Origin: Clostridia bacterium
GTDB lineage: Bacteria > Bacillota > Clostridia > Christensenellales > CAG-138
Assembly: GCA_036651815.1 (NCBI GenBank)
Contig: JAVVXB010000001.1
Location: forward strand, 62,640 to 126,639
Reading direction: 5' to 3'
Length of the DNA: 64,000 bases
Part shown: piece after piece, positions 1 to 9,037 of the stretch
How positions within the stretch are numbered: the stretch's first letter is position 1
How the letters are laid out: each line of letters starts with the position of its first letter
The notes under the pieces: model-generated
What the model was told of the DNA's origin: nothing
Databases searched by the model: none
What the model saw: the letters and a program-made list of their open reading frames with translations, nothing else
Program-made: the position numbers and the translations under genes

Positions 1-1
1 A

Positions 2-664
2 TTGATTGAAGAAAAATTTGATATGCGATATGACGAACGCGAGGCGGCACCGTTGACGGAATCCTATCCGGGTGGCTGCCGTACAAAGCTGATTCAGAAA
101 GACATTGAGCAGGTGCATATCAACTTGACATTCCCCGGTTTTGCGCGGGATGATGATGGACAATATCCGCTGGCTGTGCTGTCCAATATTATTGGCGGCA
201 GCATGTCCAGCCGACTGTTCCAAAATATAAGGGAGAAGCGCGGGATGGCCTACTCCATCTACTCCTATCCTTCCAGCTATACAACCACCGGAACGTTTTC
301 TCTGTATGCGGGCACGGGAGATCAGCAGGCCGAGGAGGTAACGCGCCTCATGCTGGAGGAAATTGATCGCGTTCGGCAAAGTGGCGTGACGAAGGAGGAA
401 CTAATTCGTTGCCGAGAACAGCTCAAGGGGAGCTATGTGCTCGGAATGGAGTCCACCAATGCCCATATGAACGCCATCGGCAAAGTTATGTTGTTACAAA
501 AACGTGAATATAATGAGGCGGAAACACTATCGCGCATTGAATGTGTTACAATGCAGGATATTGAACGCATTGTACCGGTGTGTCTGAACCCAAAAAATCT
601 TTGCGCGGTATTCGTTGGAAGAATTGATCAAAAGCGAGATCGGCTGGAAAAACTGTTCGGTTGA
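2..664 (+). CDS. M16 (pitrilysin/insulinase) family peptidase, C-terminal half; the 5' end lies outside the window
   Basis: The ORF is open to the window edge. The segment GGSMSSRLFQNIREKRGMAYSIYSY and overall composition match the non-catalytic C-domain of M16 peptidases (ymfH-like context). Confidence 0.8.
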   Translation: MIEEKFDMRYDEREAAPLTESYPGGCRTKLIQKDIEQVHINLTFPGFARDDDGQYPLAVLSNIIGGSMSSRLFQNIREKRGMAYSIYSYPSSYTTTGTFSLYAGTGDQQAEEVTRLMLEEIDRVRQSGVTKEELIRCREQLKGSYVLGMESTNAHMNAIGKVMLLQKREYNEAETLSRIECVTMQDIERIVPVCLNPKNLCAVFVGRIDQKRDRLEKLFG

Positions 665-688
665 CGCAGAAAATAGACGGAGGCTAGA

Positions 689-1054
689 ATGGACAAGCTT
701 GAGACCATTTTCACCATGCAGAAGACGCTGGACGATGAGATTATTCGTCTACGCGGACTGGATTTTCCGAAGGATATCTGGCTCCAAAAGGAAGTGCTGG
801 CCATGATCAGTGAACTGTCCGAAGTGCTGGATGAAGTCAATTTCAAGTGGTGGAAAAATCCAAAGGAGCTTGACGATAACGCCATTCGGGGCGAACTCGT
901 CGATGTGCTGCACTTTTTCGTTAGCATGTGCTTAAAGAGCGGAATGACAGCCGATGAGCTGTTTGACCGCTATACTGAGAAGAACAAGGAGAATTTCGAC
1001 CGGCAATACGGGCGCAGCAGCAAGCCCGGCTACCAGGCTGAAACGCAGAAATAG
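689..1054 (+). CDS. Dimeric all-alpha dUTP diphosphatase (dUTPase_2 / MazG-like fold)
   Basis: 121 aa with SD GACGGAGG upstream. The helices EVLAMISELSEVLDEVNFKWWK and ELVDVLHFFVSMCL match dimeric dUTPase family signatures. Confidence 0.7.
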   Translation: MDKLETIFTMQKTLDDEIIRLRGLDFPKDIWLQKEVLAMISELSEVLDEVNFKWWKNPKELDDNAIRGELVDVLHFFVSMCLKSGMTADELFDRYTEKNKENFDRQYGRSSKPGYQAETQK

Positions 1055-1060
1055 GGAAGC

Positions 1061-2254
1061 ATGGCAAGATCAAGAGTCAAAATTAAAGGGCGCTTTTTTC
1101 TGATCCTGTTTGGAGCAGTCGGTTTGCTTGCACTGATTGTTGTGTTGATTTTGGGCGGCCGCGGCCGCGGCGAGATTCAATTTGGCAGCATCAGCGTGGA
1201 GATGGACGTGACTGCCGCCATTGTCCGTGATGAAAAGGTCATTATGACTGAGCCATATGAAAAAATAGCATTCAACGTTGTTGAAGGGCAGACGGTGGCC
1301 AATGGTGATTTGATTGCGCAGGTATATAAGCGCGGTTATCAGGACGAGACCATGATTTCGCTGATCAATCTGCAAAAGCAAATCTATGCGTATCAACTGC
1401 AGTTGCTGGGCGGACAGCAGCCACAGGAGCTCATTGATATCAACGAGCGCATTCATACTGTTGAAGGACAGATCCGTGCCACTTCCCGGAATGAGACCAG
1501 TTTGGATATGCTGACGCTGGAACAGACGCTCAAAGGCTTGCAGATCGAACGCATCAACCTATTGCAAGTACTTTTGACCGCTGATCCATCACTTAACAAC
1601 ATGTATGCGGAGCTGAATGCGCAGCTGGCCACGCAGGAGAGCTGGAAGCGGGATATCAAAAATGAATCCGGCTCCGGTCTTGTCAGCTTTTATTTTGACG
1701 GATACGAAAAGGTGCTTTGTTGCGAAAAGCTGAACACCATCAATGCGGCGCTGGTGAACAGCGTTGTCAAGGGCGGCAACACGGCCAATACCGCAGATTC
1801 GACTTCTGAATCACCCTTGTACCGCATCATTGCCAATACGCACTGGTATCTAGCCTTTGCGACGAAGGCCGCAGAGCCACTGCGCCTTGCGGAAGGTGAG
1901 AGCTATACCGTACAGTTCATTGATTATTCGGAACAGGAGTATTCTGCGGTTGCGCGGGAGACCACCGTATCTGAGAATTCCGTAGTCAACCTGTTGGAGT
2001 TTAATACGGACATTGGCAAGCTGGCCGGTGTGCGTACCGTCGCGATCAAGATAAAGAAGGCGGCCCAGGGGTTGGTTGTTCCATTGAACGCCATCGTGAT
2101 TGATAAAGGGATACCAGGTATCAATATTAATTATGGGGATGCACCTCTTCGGGTGGAGATTGATATTTTGGCTAAGGACGATAAGAAAGCCGTGATCCGA
2201 GCCAAAAATGAAGCGGATACGCTGGCAGCGGGGCAGAAATTTATCAAACCATGA
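1061..2254 (+). CDS. HlyD / membrane-fusion-protein-like protein with N-terminal TM anchor
   Basis: N-terminal hydrophobic helix (FFLILFGAVGLLALIVVLIL), lipoyl-like hairpin (VVEGQTVANGDLIAQV), a long coiled-coil stretch and a C-terminal beta-rich part. The stop overlaps the yggS start (ATGA). Confidence 0.6.
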   Translation: MARSRVKIKGRFFLILFGAVGLLALIVVLILGGRGRGEIQFGSISVEMDVTAAIVRDEKVIMTEPYEKIAFNVVEGQTVANGDLIAQVYKRGYQDETMISLINLQKQIYAYQLQLLGGQQPQELIDINERIHTVEGQIRATSRNETSLDMLTLEQTLKGLQIERINLLQVLLTADPSLNNMYAELNAQLATQESWKRDIKNESGSGLVSFYFDGYEKVLCCEKLNTINAALVNSVVKGGNTANTADSTSESPLYRIIANTHWYLAFATKAAEPLRLAEGESYTVQFIDYSEQEYSAVARETTVSENSVVNLLEFNTDIGKLAGVRTVAIKIKKAAQGLVVPLNAIVIDKGIPGININYGDAPLRVEIDILAKDDKKAVIRAKNEADTLAAGQKFIKP

Positions 2255-2940
2255 GTATTGCGGAGAACTATGAGTGCATTCGGGAACGGATGCGTAGGGC
2301 ATGCAGCAGAGCCGGACGCGCAGAAAACGACGTACGGCTAGTTGCCGTCAGTAAATATGTAGATGTAGATCACATCTATGAGGTCGTGGCACTTGGACAG
2401 CGTATTTTTGGCGAGAATCATGCACAAGAGCTAAACGAAAAGAAAACTTTTTTTGAACAGAACAGCTGTCAAGCGCATTTCATTGGACAACTCCAGACGA
2501 ATAAGATAAAATATGTCTGCGGTTCTGTAGGGTTGATTGAATCGCTTGACAGAATAAGCTTGATTGAGCCCTTGCAGAAAAAGAGTGTTGCCCTCGGAAT
2601 TATTTCAGATGTATTGATACAAGTCAACATCGGTGGGGAAACCCAAAAGGGCGGCATACCTAGTAAGGATATAGGATACTTCGCACAACAGATCCTGGCT
2701 TGCGCAAACCTGCGGCTTAGAGGATTGATGTGCGTACCACCTGCGCTACCGCCGGAGAAAGCGCGGCCGTATTTTCAAAAAATGCGTGTATTGTATGAAG
2801 AGATTCGACGACAATACGCAGACGCATTTCTGGATACGCTGTCGATGGGAATGAGTCATGATTATGAAGTGGCTATTGAGGAAGGCGCAACCGAAGTGCG
2901 CATAGGCTCGGCGCTGTTTGGGGCGCGGAACAAACAATAA
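2251..2940 (+). CDS. yggS: YggS/YlmE family pyridoxal-phosphate homeostasis protein
   Basis: 229 aa. Contains VRLVAVSKY (PLP-lysine region), HFIGQLQTNK and MGMSHDYEVAIEEGATEVRIGSALFG, typical of YggS. It sits directly upstream of sepF. Confidence 0.9.
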   Translation: MSIAENYECIRERMRRACSRAGRAENDVRLVAVSKYVDVDHIYEVVALGQRIFGENHAQELNEKKTFFEQNSCQAHFIGQLQTNKIKYVCGSVGLIESLDRISLIEPLQKKSVALGIISDVLIQVNIGGETQKGGIPSKDIGYFAQQILACANLRLRGLMCVPPALPPEKARPYFQKMRVLYEEIRRQYADAFLDTLSMGMSHDYEVAIEEGATEVRIGSALFGARNKQ

Positions 2941-3014
2941 AAATGATCAGCTTGTCTGCGTAGGGAGACAAAGAACCATGCAGCGGCATTGGGGTAAAAT
3001 GCGGAGGGAATTGG

Positions 3015-3521
3015 ATGGCAAGCCTGTACAACAAGTTTTTGGACTTTATCGGCATTGAGGAGAGCGACGAGGAGGAAGAGACGCGTCGTGATGACTATTA
3101 CGACGAGCGTGATTCTCGCAACTCGGAAAATGTGGTTAACTTCAATAATCATAACAACAATAACAACAACGGCGGCAGAGCGGCTTCTCGGCAGAACGGC
3201 CGTCATGACCGTAACGCAGCGGCTGCAAACAACGGTGCAAATCTGCCGATCTCTGGCGGGATGAAAATGATCGTGTATCATCCGGTCAGCTATGAGGATA
3301 CGCAGGCGATTATAGACAATCTCAAAAATCGCAAGCCCGTCATTGTGAACATGGAAGAACTGGAAGTTGACTGTGCGCAACGCATTTTAGACTTTTTATC
3401 CGGCGCTGTGTATGCGTTGAACGGAACCATGTGCAAAATTTCCCGCGGTATCTTCGTTGTTGCGCCAAACAACTATGATGTTGTCGGCAATGGCGAGGAT
3501 GATTACGACGATATGGTCTGA
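3015..3521 (+). CDS. sepF: Cell division protein SepF
   Basis: N-terminal amphipathic helix MASLYNKFLDFIG, a low-complexity Asn-rich linker and a conserved C-terminal SepF core (IVYHPVSYEDTQAIIDNLKNRKPVIVNM...VFVVAP). SD GGAGGGA. Confidence 0.9.
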   Translation: MASLYNKFLDFIGIEESDEEEETRRDDYYDERDSRNSENVVNFNNHNNNNNNGGRAASRQNGRHDRNAAAANNGANLPISGGMKMIVYHPVSYEDTQAIIDNLKNRKPVIVNMEELEVDCAQRILDFLSGAVYALNGTMCKISRGIFVVAPNNYDVVGNGEDDYDDMV

Positions 3522-3522
3522 T

Positions 3523-4101
3523 ATGAAACAGACGGATGATATCATCAACAAAGAGTTTTCCCGCTCCTTCATGGGCTATGACATGCAGGAGGTTGATTTG
3601 TTTTTGGATTTGCTCATCGAGCGATTCGAAAAACTGGAAACAGAACGCAAAGAGATGCTCACAGCAATGGAGTACCTGCTGAAAAAGCTGGATGCAAGCG
3701 GCGAACTGACGGAACCGTTAGCGGCTGCCAGACAGATTGCTGCCGAGAACGTACAGAAGCATCTGAATGCTCTGCCAGCGCGGACGGTTATGGCTGGCCC
3801 GGTACATGTGCAACAACAGAAATTACCGCGCAAGCTACAAAAGGTGTCCCCGATAACAGAGCCGGCCAAAACGACAATGCCCATGACGGCAGGAACCGAG
3901 CAACCGGTCGTGTGTGGAGAGACGGAAGCGGAGCAGCCGCCCATACCCATGGAGCTTGAAACCGGGGAGAGCGCACCGGATATGGATGCGCTGATTCCGC
4001 AATTACTCAGCGAGATGGAACAATTGTTTTCCGAAAACAGCTGTGAGGCGGTGTCCTGTCAGGATAAACCCGGGCAGGAAGAGAGCAATCGGGTATCATG
4101 A
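3523..4101 (+). CDS. DivIVA domain-containing protein
   Basis: An internal ATG at 3523 gives MKQTDDIINKEFSRSFMGYDMQEVDLFLDLL, the canonical DivIVA N-terminal lipid-binding domain. The longer ORF from 3457 overlaps sepF and is unlikely. Confidence 0.8.
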   Translation: MKQTDDIINKEFSRSFMGYDMQEVDLFLDLLIERFEKLETERKEMLTAMEYLLKKLDASGELTEPLAAARQIAAENVQKHLNALPARTVMAGPVHVQQQKLPRKLQKVSPITEPAKTTMPMTAGTEQPVVCGETEAEQPPIPMELETGESAPDMDALIPQLLSEMEQLFSENSCEAVSCQDKPGQEESNRVS

Positions 4102-6002
4102 AACAAAAGAATTTACCACCGGTTGTATCAAAATACGAGATGGATGCACGTGCGATTACACAATGCGATTTTGTCTTTATTTCCGGCGATGCGTATATTG
4201 ATCATCCGAGTTTTGGAGCAGCGATTATTTCGCGGCTACTGATCAGCCGCGGGTATACGGTGGGCGTAATTGCCCAACCGGACTGGCACAGCGCAGAGGC
4301 GTTCCGCGCACTTGGTCGTCCCCGGCTGGGGTTTCTGGTGTCAGCGGGCAATATTGATTCCATGGTCAACCACTATTCGGTGGCTCTCAAGCATCGAGAT
4401 GTGGATGCGTATTCTCCAAACGGGGAAATGGGCAGAAGGCCGGATCGAGCCTGCATTGTCTACGGGAACCGCTGCCGGGAGGCATACGCTGGCGTGCCGG
4501 TTATTTTGGGTGGCATCGAAGCGAGTCTCAGGCGCTTTGCGCACTATGACTATTGGGACGACCGCGTGCGCCATAGTATCCTGTATGATGCGACGGCGGA
4601 TCTGTTGGTCTATGGTATGGGTGAGCGAGCGATATTGGACATTGCAGATGCACTTAATACCGGAACGCCGATCAAAGAGATGACGGATATTGCGGGCACC
4701 TGCGTGCGCGTGCCCGATGCAAACGGAATGACGAAGGCGGTCATGCTGCCTTCCTATACGGAAGTCAGTGGGGACAAGCGTACCTACGCCGAGGCATTTT
4801 TGACGGAAATGCGGGAACAGGACGCAATTCGTGGAAAACGTCTTTTGCAGCCACATGAAAAGGGGATGCTGCTGTGTAATCCGCCGGCGGCTCCACTTAG
4901 CACAGAGGAGCTGGATGCCGTTTATGCGCTGCCCTATACGCGTGAACCAATCCCGATTCAGCAGGGACATATTCCAGCCATTGATGAAGTTTCGTTCTCC
5001 ATCACCTCTGCCCGGGGATGCTTTGGAAACTGTAATTTTTGTGCGTTGACGTTCCATCAGGGACGAATTGTACAGGCTCGCAGCCATGCTTCGATTCTTT
5101 CAGAAGCACAGGCGCTGACGAAGCGACGGGATTTTAAGGGGTATATCCATGATGTGGGTGGTCCAACGGCCAACTTTCGTAGGCCTGCCTGCAAGAAACA
5201 ATTGACGCGCGGTGTGTGCGCCGACCGACAGTGTCTCGGTTATCATGCCTGCAAAAACCTGGAAGCATCGGAGTCGGATTATACGGCACTGCTCCAGGAG
5301 CTGCGGAAGCTGCCGAATATTAAAAAAGTATTTGTGCGCAGTGGCGTTCGCTATGACTATCTGCTGATGGATCGGGAAGACGATTTTCTATATGAACTGA
5401 TAGAGCACCATATCAGCGGACAACTCAAGGTTGCCCCCGAGCATGTGTCGGATCGTGTGCTGGAGATGATGAACAAACCAGCTCACAGCCTGTATGAACG
5501 CTTTGTACAGAAATTTGAAGCAGCCAATAAGAAGCTGAACCTTCGGCAATACTTGGTACCTTATCTGATGAGCTCACATCCTGGTTCGCAGTTGTCCGAT
5601 GCCATTGAACTTGCGCAATATTTAAAGAAAACAGGGCACCGGCCGGAACAGGTGCAGGATTTTTACCCCACGCCCGGTACAGTCAGCACCTGCATGTATT
5701 ATACGGAGCTGGATCCTCGCACGATGGAATCGGTGTATGTGCCAAAGACGCAGGAAGAAAAGGCGATGCAACGCGCACTGATGCAGTGCCATGTTTATAG
5801 GAATCATCCGTTGATTCGAAAGGCACTTCGAAAAGCCGACCGGGATGATTTGATTGGGAACGGAAAAAACTGTCTCGTTCCAGAAGAAATAATGATAGAA
5901 AACAAACATTATGGGAGCCGATTGATCGAAAATGGGAGAAAGTCTGCCGAAAGTGGCAGAAAGCCCAAGAATACGGTTGACAAACGGCGGCGTTCCCGCT
6001 AA
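4098..6002 (+). CDS. ygiQ: YgiQ family radical SAM protein (UPF0313)
   Basis: 634 aa. Contains SARGCFGNCNFCAL (CxxxCxxC radical SAM cluster), the N-terminal YgiQ-type region (FISGDAYIDHPSFG) and a basic C-terminal tail. ATGA overlap with the divIVA-like gene. Confidence 0.85.
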   Translation: MKQKNLPPVVSKYEMDARAITQCDFVFISGDAYIDHPSFGAAIISRLLISRGYTVGVIAQPDWHSAEAFRALGRPRLGFLVSAGNIDSMVNHYSVALKHRDVDAYSPNGEMGRRPDRACIVYGNRCREAYAGVPVILGGIEASLRRFAHYDYWDDRVRHSILYDATADLLVYGMGERAILDIADALNTGTPIKEMTDIAGTCVRVPDANGMTKAVMLPSYTEVSGDKRTYAEAFLTEMREQDAIRGKRLLQPHEKGMLLCNPPAAPLSTEELDAVYALPYTREPIPIQQGHIPAIDEVSFSITSARGCFGNCNFCALTFHQGRIVQARSHASILSEAQALTKRRDFKGYIHDVGGPTANFRRPACKKQLTRGVCADRQCLGYHACKNLEASESDYTALLQELRKLPNIKKVFVRSGVRYDYLLMDREDDFLYELIEHHISGQLKVAPEHVSDRVLEMMNKPAHSLYERFVQKFEAANKKLNLRQYLVPYLMSSHPGSQLSDAIELAQYLKKTGHRPEQVQDFYPTPGTVSTCMYYTELDPRTMESVYVPKTQEEKAMQRALMQCHVYRNHPLIRKALRKADRDDLIGNGKNCLVPEEIMIENKHYGSRLIENGRKSAESGRKPKNTVDKRRRSR

Positions 6003-6034
6003 AATATTCGGTGGTTGAATTTCAGGAGAAGCAT

Positions 6035-6538
6035 ATGGAATTGTCTGTTGCGGCAGCATTAAAACAGGTCGGTGAACCGTTTCGGTTGGACTTGACCGAA
6101 CCCATCGAGGCGTTGAGTTTTGGTGGGGGTGAAATTGAATTTGCCGCACCGCTGCGCTTGTCGGGTACCTATGTGTTCAACGGCAAGGAATTTACGGTGG
6201 CGGCCACTGCGGACACTGTGCTCCGAGCGAATTGTGCTAGGTGCGCGGTATCATTTGATGAACCATATACCTTTTCGGTTTCCGAGCGTTTTGTCAAAGC
6301 ATCCGAGGCAGATCCTGATGAGAATCCGTATGCTTATCTTGGTGACAGGATCGACCTGACAAAAGCCGTGCTAGATAATCTGTTTCTGCAATTACCACTT
6401 GTGAGTCTGTGCAGACCGGATTGTAAAGGGCTGTGCCCTGTTTGCGGTCAGGACCGCAACACGACGACATGTGGTTGTCAACCAACCGAAGCGGGTGGGC
6501 CGTTTACGGTGCTATCTGCACTAGAAGAAGAAGAATAG
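6035..6538 (+). CDS. yceD: YceD / DUF177 family ribosome-maturation-associated protein
   Basis: Acidic protein with a C-terminal CxxC..CxxC (CRPDCKGLCPVCG) immediately upstream of rpmF, the conserved yceD-rpmF pairing. ATG 6035 has SD AGGAGA; GTG 6011 is an alternative start. Confidence 0.8.
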   Translation: MELSVAAALKQVGEPFRLDLTEPIEALSFGGGEIEFAAPLRLSGTYVFNGKEFTVAATADTVLRANCARCAVSFDEPYTFSVSERFVKASEADPDENPYAYLGDRIDLTKAVLDNLFLQLPLVSLCRPDCKGLCPVCGQDRNTTTCGCQPTEAGGPFTVLSALEEEE

Positions 6539-6549
6539 GAGGGATCATC

Positions 6550-6750
6550 ATGGCAGTACCCAAGAGAAAAACATCCAAAGCGCGCAGGGATTCCCGCAGA
6601 GCAGGCAACAACAATCTGTCCGCGCCGAATCTTTCGGAATGCCCGCAGTGCCACGCACTGAAGACGTCGCATACGGTTTGCAAAGCGTGTGGGTATTACG
6701 ATGGCGAACAGGTCATCGACATGGATAAGAAGGAAAAGAAAAACGCCTGA
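6550..6750 (+). CDS. rpmF: 50S ribosomal protein L32
   Basis: MAVPKRKTSKARRDSRR followed by the CPQC...CKACG zinc ribbon. SD AGGAGGGA upstream. Confidence 0.95.
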   Translation: MAVPKRKTSKARRDSRRAGNNNLSAPNLSECPQCHALKTSHTVCKACGYYDGEQVIDMDKKEKKNA

Positions 6751-6779
6751 CAATCCACTCCACTAAGATGAAAACAAAG

Positions 6780-6806
6780 GGCTTTCAGTACGTGAAAGCC
6801 TTTTTG
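6780..6806 (+). terminator. Rho-independent terminator after rpmF
   Basis: GGCTTTCA-gtacg-TGAAAGCC stem-loop followed by TTTTT. Confidence 0.75.
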
Positions 6807-6870
6807 TGTTTGCACGAAATGCTGGGAACGGATATACTCAAAACAAGAATGATTAAGGGATGAGACGAAA

Positions 6871-7878
6871 ATGAAGATTGCAATCGATGCGATGGGTGGA
6901 GACTATGCGCCGATGGCGGTACTAGAGGGCGTCAAGCTGGTTTTACCGGAGCTGGCGCAGGACGTACAGCTACTGCTCTATGGGGACGAACAGACGCTTA
7001 TAGACGGCATTGCTGCGTTGGAGTTAAGCACGTCCCGGGTGACGGTCGTGCCAACCACACAGGAAATTAACTGCGAGGAATCACCTACGCTTGCCATTCG
7101 AAAAAAAAAAGACTCGTCCATGGTGCGCGCCATTCAGGCGGTTGCAGATGGAGAGGCGCAGTGCGTATTGTCTGCAGGCAGCACGGGCGCGTTGCTGACA
7201 GGTGGCACGCTGATTATCAAACGGATTGAGGGTGTTCGGCGCCCGGCATTGGCAACGTTGTTTCCAACGGCTCAGCCAAGCTCTGTGTTGGTGCTGGACT
7301 GTGGGGCGAACACCGACTGTAAACCGGAATATCTGTTGCAGTTTGCCATCATGGGCAGCGCATATATGACGCGTGTGCGGGGTGTGGATGTGCCCCGGGT
7401 GGGGCTGCTGAACAATGGTGCGGAGGAGGAAAAGGGCAACGAGCTGACGAAGGCTGCCCATCAACTGCTCAAAACCGCGTCTATCCACTTTACTGGCAAC
7501 TGCGAGGCGCGGGATGTACTTTCCGGTGATTTCGACGTTATTGTGTGCGATGGATTCGACGGTAACATCCTGCTCAAGAGCACGGAAGGAGCGGCATTGT
7601 TTATGATGTCACTGCTGAAAACTGGGCTGCTTTCCTCGCTACGCTGTAAGATTGGCGCAAAATTGGTTATGCCCGCGCTGCGGTCACTGAAAAAGAAACT
7701 TGATTATGCCGAGCAGGGCGGCGCACCACTGTTGGGGATCAACGGCGGTGTGATCAAGGCGCACGGCAGTTCGAACGGCAGGGCGTTTCGTTCGGCAATT
7801 TTGCAAGCAGTCAAGTTGGTTGATGGAAACGTGACCGCGGTCGTTCGGGAAACCATACAGCGGGCGTCTCAAGCATAA
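6871..7878 (+). CDS. plsX: Phosphate acyltransferase PlsX
   Basis: MKIAIDAMGGDYAP N-terminus, plus GNCEARD and DGFDGNILLK motifs typical of PlsX. Confidence 0.95.
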   Translation: MKIAIDAMGGDYAPMAVLEGVKLVLPELAQDVQLLLYGDEQTLIDGIAALELSTSRVTVVPTTQEINCEESPTLAIRKKKDSSMVRAIQAVADGEAQCVLSAGSTGALLTGGTLIIKRIEGVRRPALATLFPTAQPSSVLVLDCGANTDCKPEYLLQFAIMGSAYMTRVRGVDVPRVGLLNNGAEEEKGNELTKAAHQLLKTASIHFTGNCEARDVLSGDFDVIVCDGFDGNILLKSTEGAALFMMSLLKTGLLSSLRCKIGAKLVMPALRSLKKKLDYAEQGGAPLLGINGGVIKAHGSSNGRAFRSAILQAVKLVDGNVTAVVRETIQRASQA

Positions 7879-7955
7879 CCAAACCCAGTTTGCCACGCGT
7901 TTTACTGGTACAGGAACGGTGAGAGCTGCGGACAGGATCTTGAAGAAATGGATGA

Positions 7956-7984
7956 TTGACAGATTCTGCAGGGTCATATAGAAT
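7956..7984 (+). promoter_or_regulatory. Putative sigma-A promoter for acpP
   Basis: TTGACA (7956-7961), a 17-nt spacer, then TAGAAT (7979-7984), about 50 nt upstream of acpP. Confidence 0.45.
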
Positions 7985-8037
7985 ACACTGGAATACAAAA
8001 ATGTAAATTTGGGGCATGGGATTAAGGAGTTATGATG

Positions 8038-8262
8038 ATGTATTTTGAAAAAGTTCGTGATATTATCGCAAAGCAACTGGACATTGATCCGGCAAACATT
8101 GCAATGGAGAGTAAGCTGATTGATGACCTCAAAGCCGATTCGCTCGACATTGTGGAGTTGATTATGGATCTTGAACAGGAATTCAACATTGAAATTCCAG
8201 ATGAAGAGCTGCCCAAGGTGCAGTGTGTATCCGATATCGTCGGTTATTTGGAGAAAGACTGA
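8038..8262 (+). CDS. acpP: Acyl carrier protein
   Basis: [21 protein letters not shown] contains the DSL phosphopantetheine-attachment serine. Three tandem ATGs lie at 8032, 8035 and 8038; 8038 has the best spacing to SD AAGGAG (8024-8029). Confidence 0.9.
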   Translation: MYFEKVRDIIAKQLDIDPANIAMESKLIDDLKADSLDIVELIMDLEQEFNIEIPDEELPKVQCVSDIVGYLEKD

Positions 8263-8282
8263 TCGGGAATCCCGTTTCGGTT

Positions 8283-8312
8283 GCCCGCATCCCAAACGGT
8301 GCGGGCTTTTTT
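8283..8312 (+). terminator. Rho-independent terminator after acpP
   Basis: GCCCGCA-N10-TGCGGGC followed by TTTTTT. Confidence 0.7.
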
Positions 8313-8323
8313 ATCGAGAGCAT

Positions 8324-9037
8324 ATGACAGAAAAACAAAAAACACAGATTGAACAGAATATTGGATATACCTTTTGCGAACGTTCCCTCCTGGAAATGGC
8401 GCTAACGCATACCTCATTTGTCAAAGGTGATGGCAAAAATGCGCATCACAACGAGCGAATGGAATTTCTTGGGGATGCGGTGCTGGAGCTGATTGTGAGC
8501 GAGCATTTGTATCACGGCCATCCGGAGATGCAGGAGGGACGTATGACGCGTGCCCGCGCACGGCTTGTGTGTGAGCCGGCGCTGTATTCGGCTGCATGTG
8601 CGCTAGGAATCCCGTCGTTTCTGCGTCTTGGTCATGGGGAGGAACAGACCGGCGGTCGGGATAAGCCGTCCATCGTTTCGGATGCAATGGAGGCTGTGAT
8701 TGGCGCGGTGTTTTTGGATGGCGGGATGCAGGCCGCAAAGACGCTGGTGCTGGGCCGGGTGATCAAACTACTCGAGGATGCGCGGATTGATGAACAGGAT
8801 CAGGACTATAAGACACAATTGCAGGAGTATGTACAAAAGGATCATATCGGACTGATTACCTATGAGTTGACGGCTACCTCTGGCCCGGAGCACAACAAAC
8901 GCTTCTCGATGCGTGTGCTGCTGACCGGACAGGAGATTGGCAGTGGCGAGGGTGGTACCAAACAGAGTGCCGGGCAGGCTGCGGCCTATTCCGCACTGCT
9001 CAGGCTGGGAGCAGTGGAGGAGCGGCCATGCGACTGA
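8324..9037 (+). CDS. rnc: Ribonuclease III
   Basis: The internal ATG gives MTEKQKTQIEQNIGYTF...LTHTSF...NERMEFLGDAV (RNase III signature) and a C-terminal dsRBD (GPEHNKRF...GEGGTKQSAGQAAA). Confidence 0.9.
   Translation: MTEKQKTQIEQNIGYTFCERSLLEMALTHTSFVKGDGKNAHHNERMEFLGDAVLELIVSEHLYHGHPEMQEGRMTRARARLVCEPALYSAACALGIPSFLRLGHGEEQTGGRDKPSIVSDAMEAVIGAVFLDGGMQAAKTLVLGRVIKLLEDARIDEQDQDYKTQLQEYVQKDHIGLITYELTATSGPEHNKRFSMRVLLTGQEIGSGEGGTKQSAGQAAAYSALLRLGAVEERPCD

Noticed and set aside
4341-5087. Long antisense or out-of-frame ORFs overlapping well-supported genes. Examples: 4341-5087(-), 9723-10283(-), 11137-11709(-), 12771-13406(-), 14895-15671(-), 18519-19247(-), 28421-29083(-), 34347-35072(-), 37531-38313(-), 43750-44352(-), 48073-48762(-), 51298-52068(-), 53358-54131(-).
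   Set aside because: Each lies entirely within a gene whose translation shows clear family signatures. Their own translations are Arg/Cys/His/Ser-rich with no recognisable motifs and no SD. They are typical shadow ORFs.
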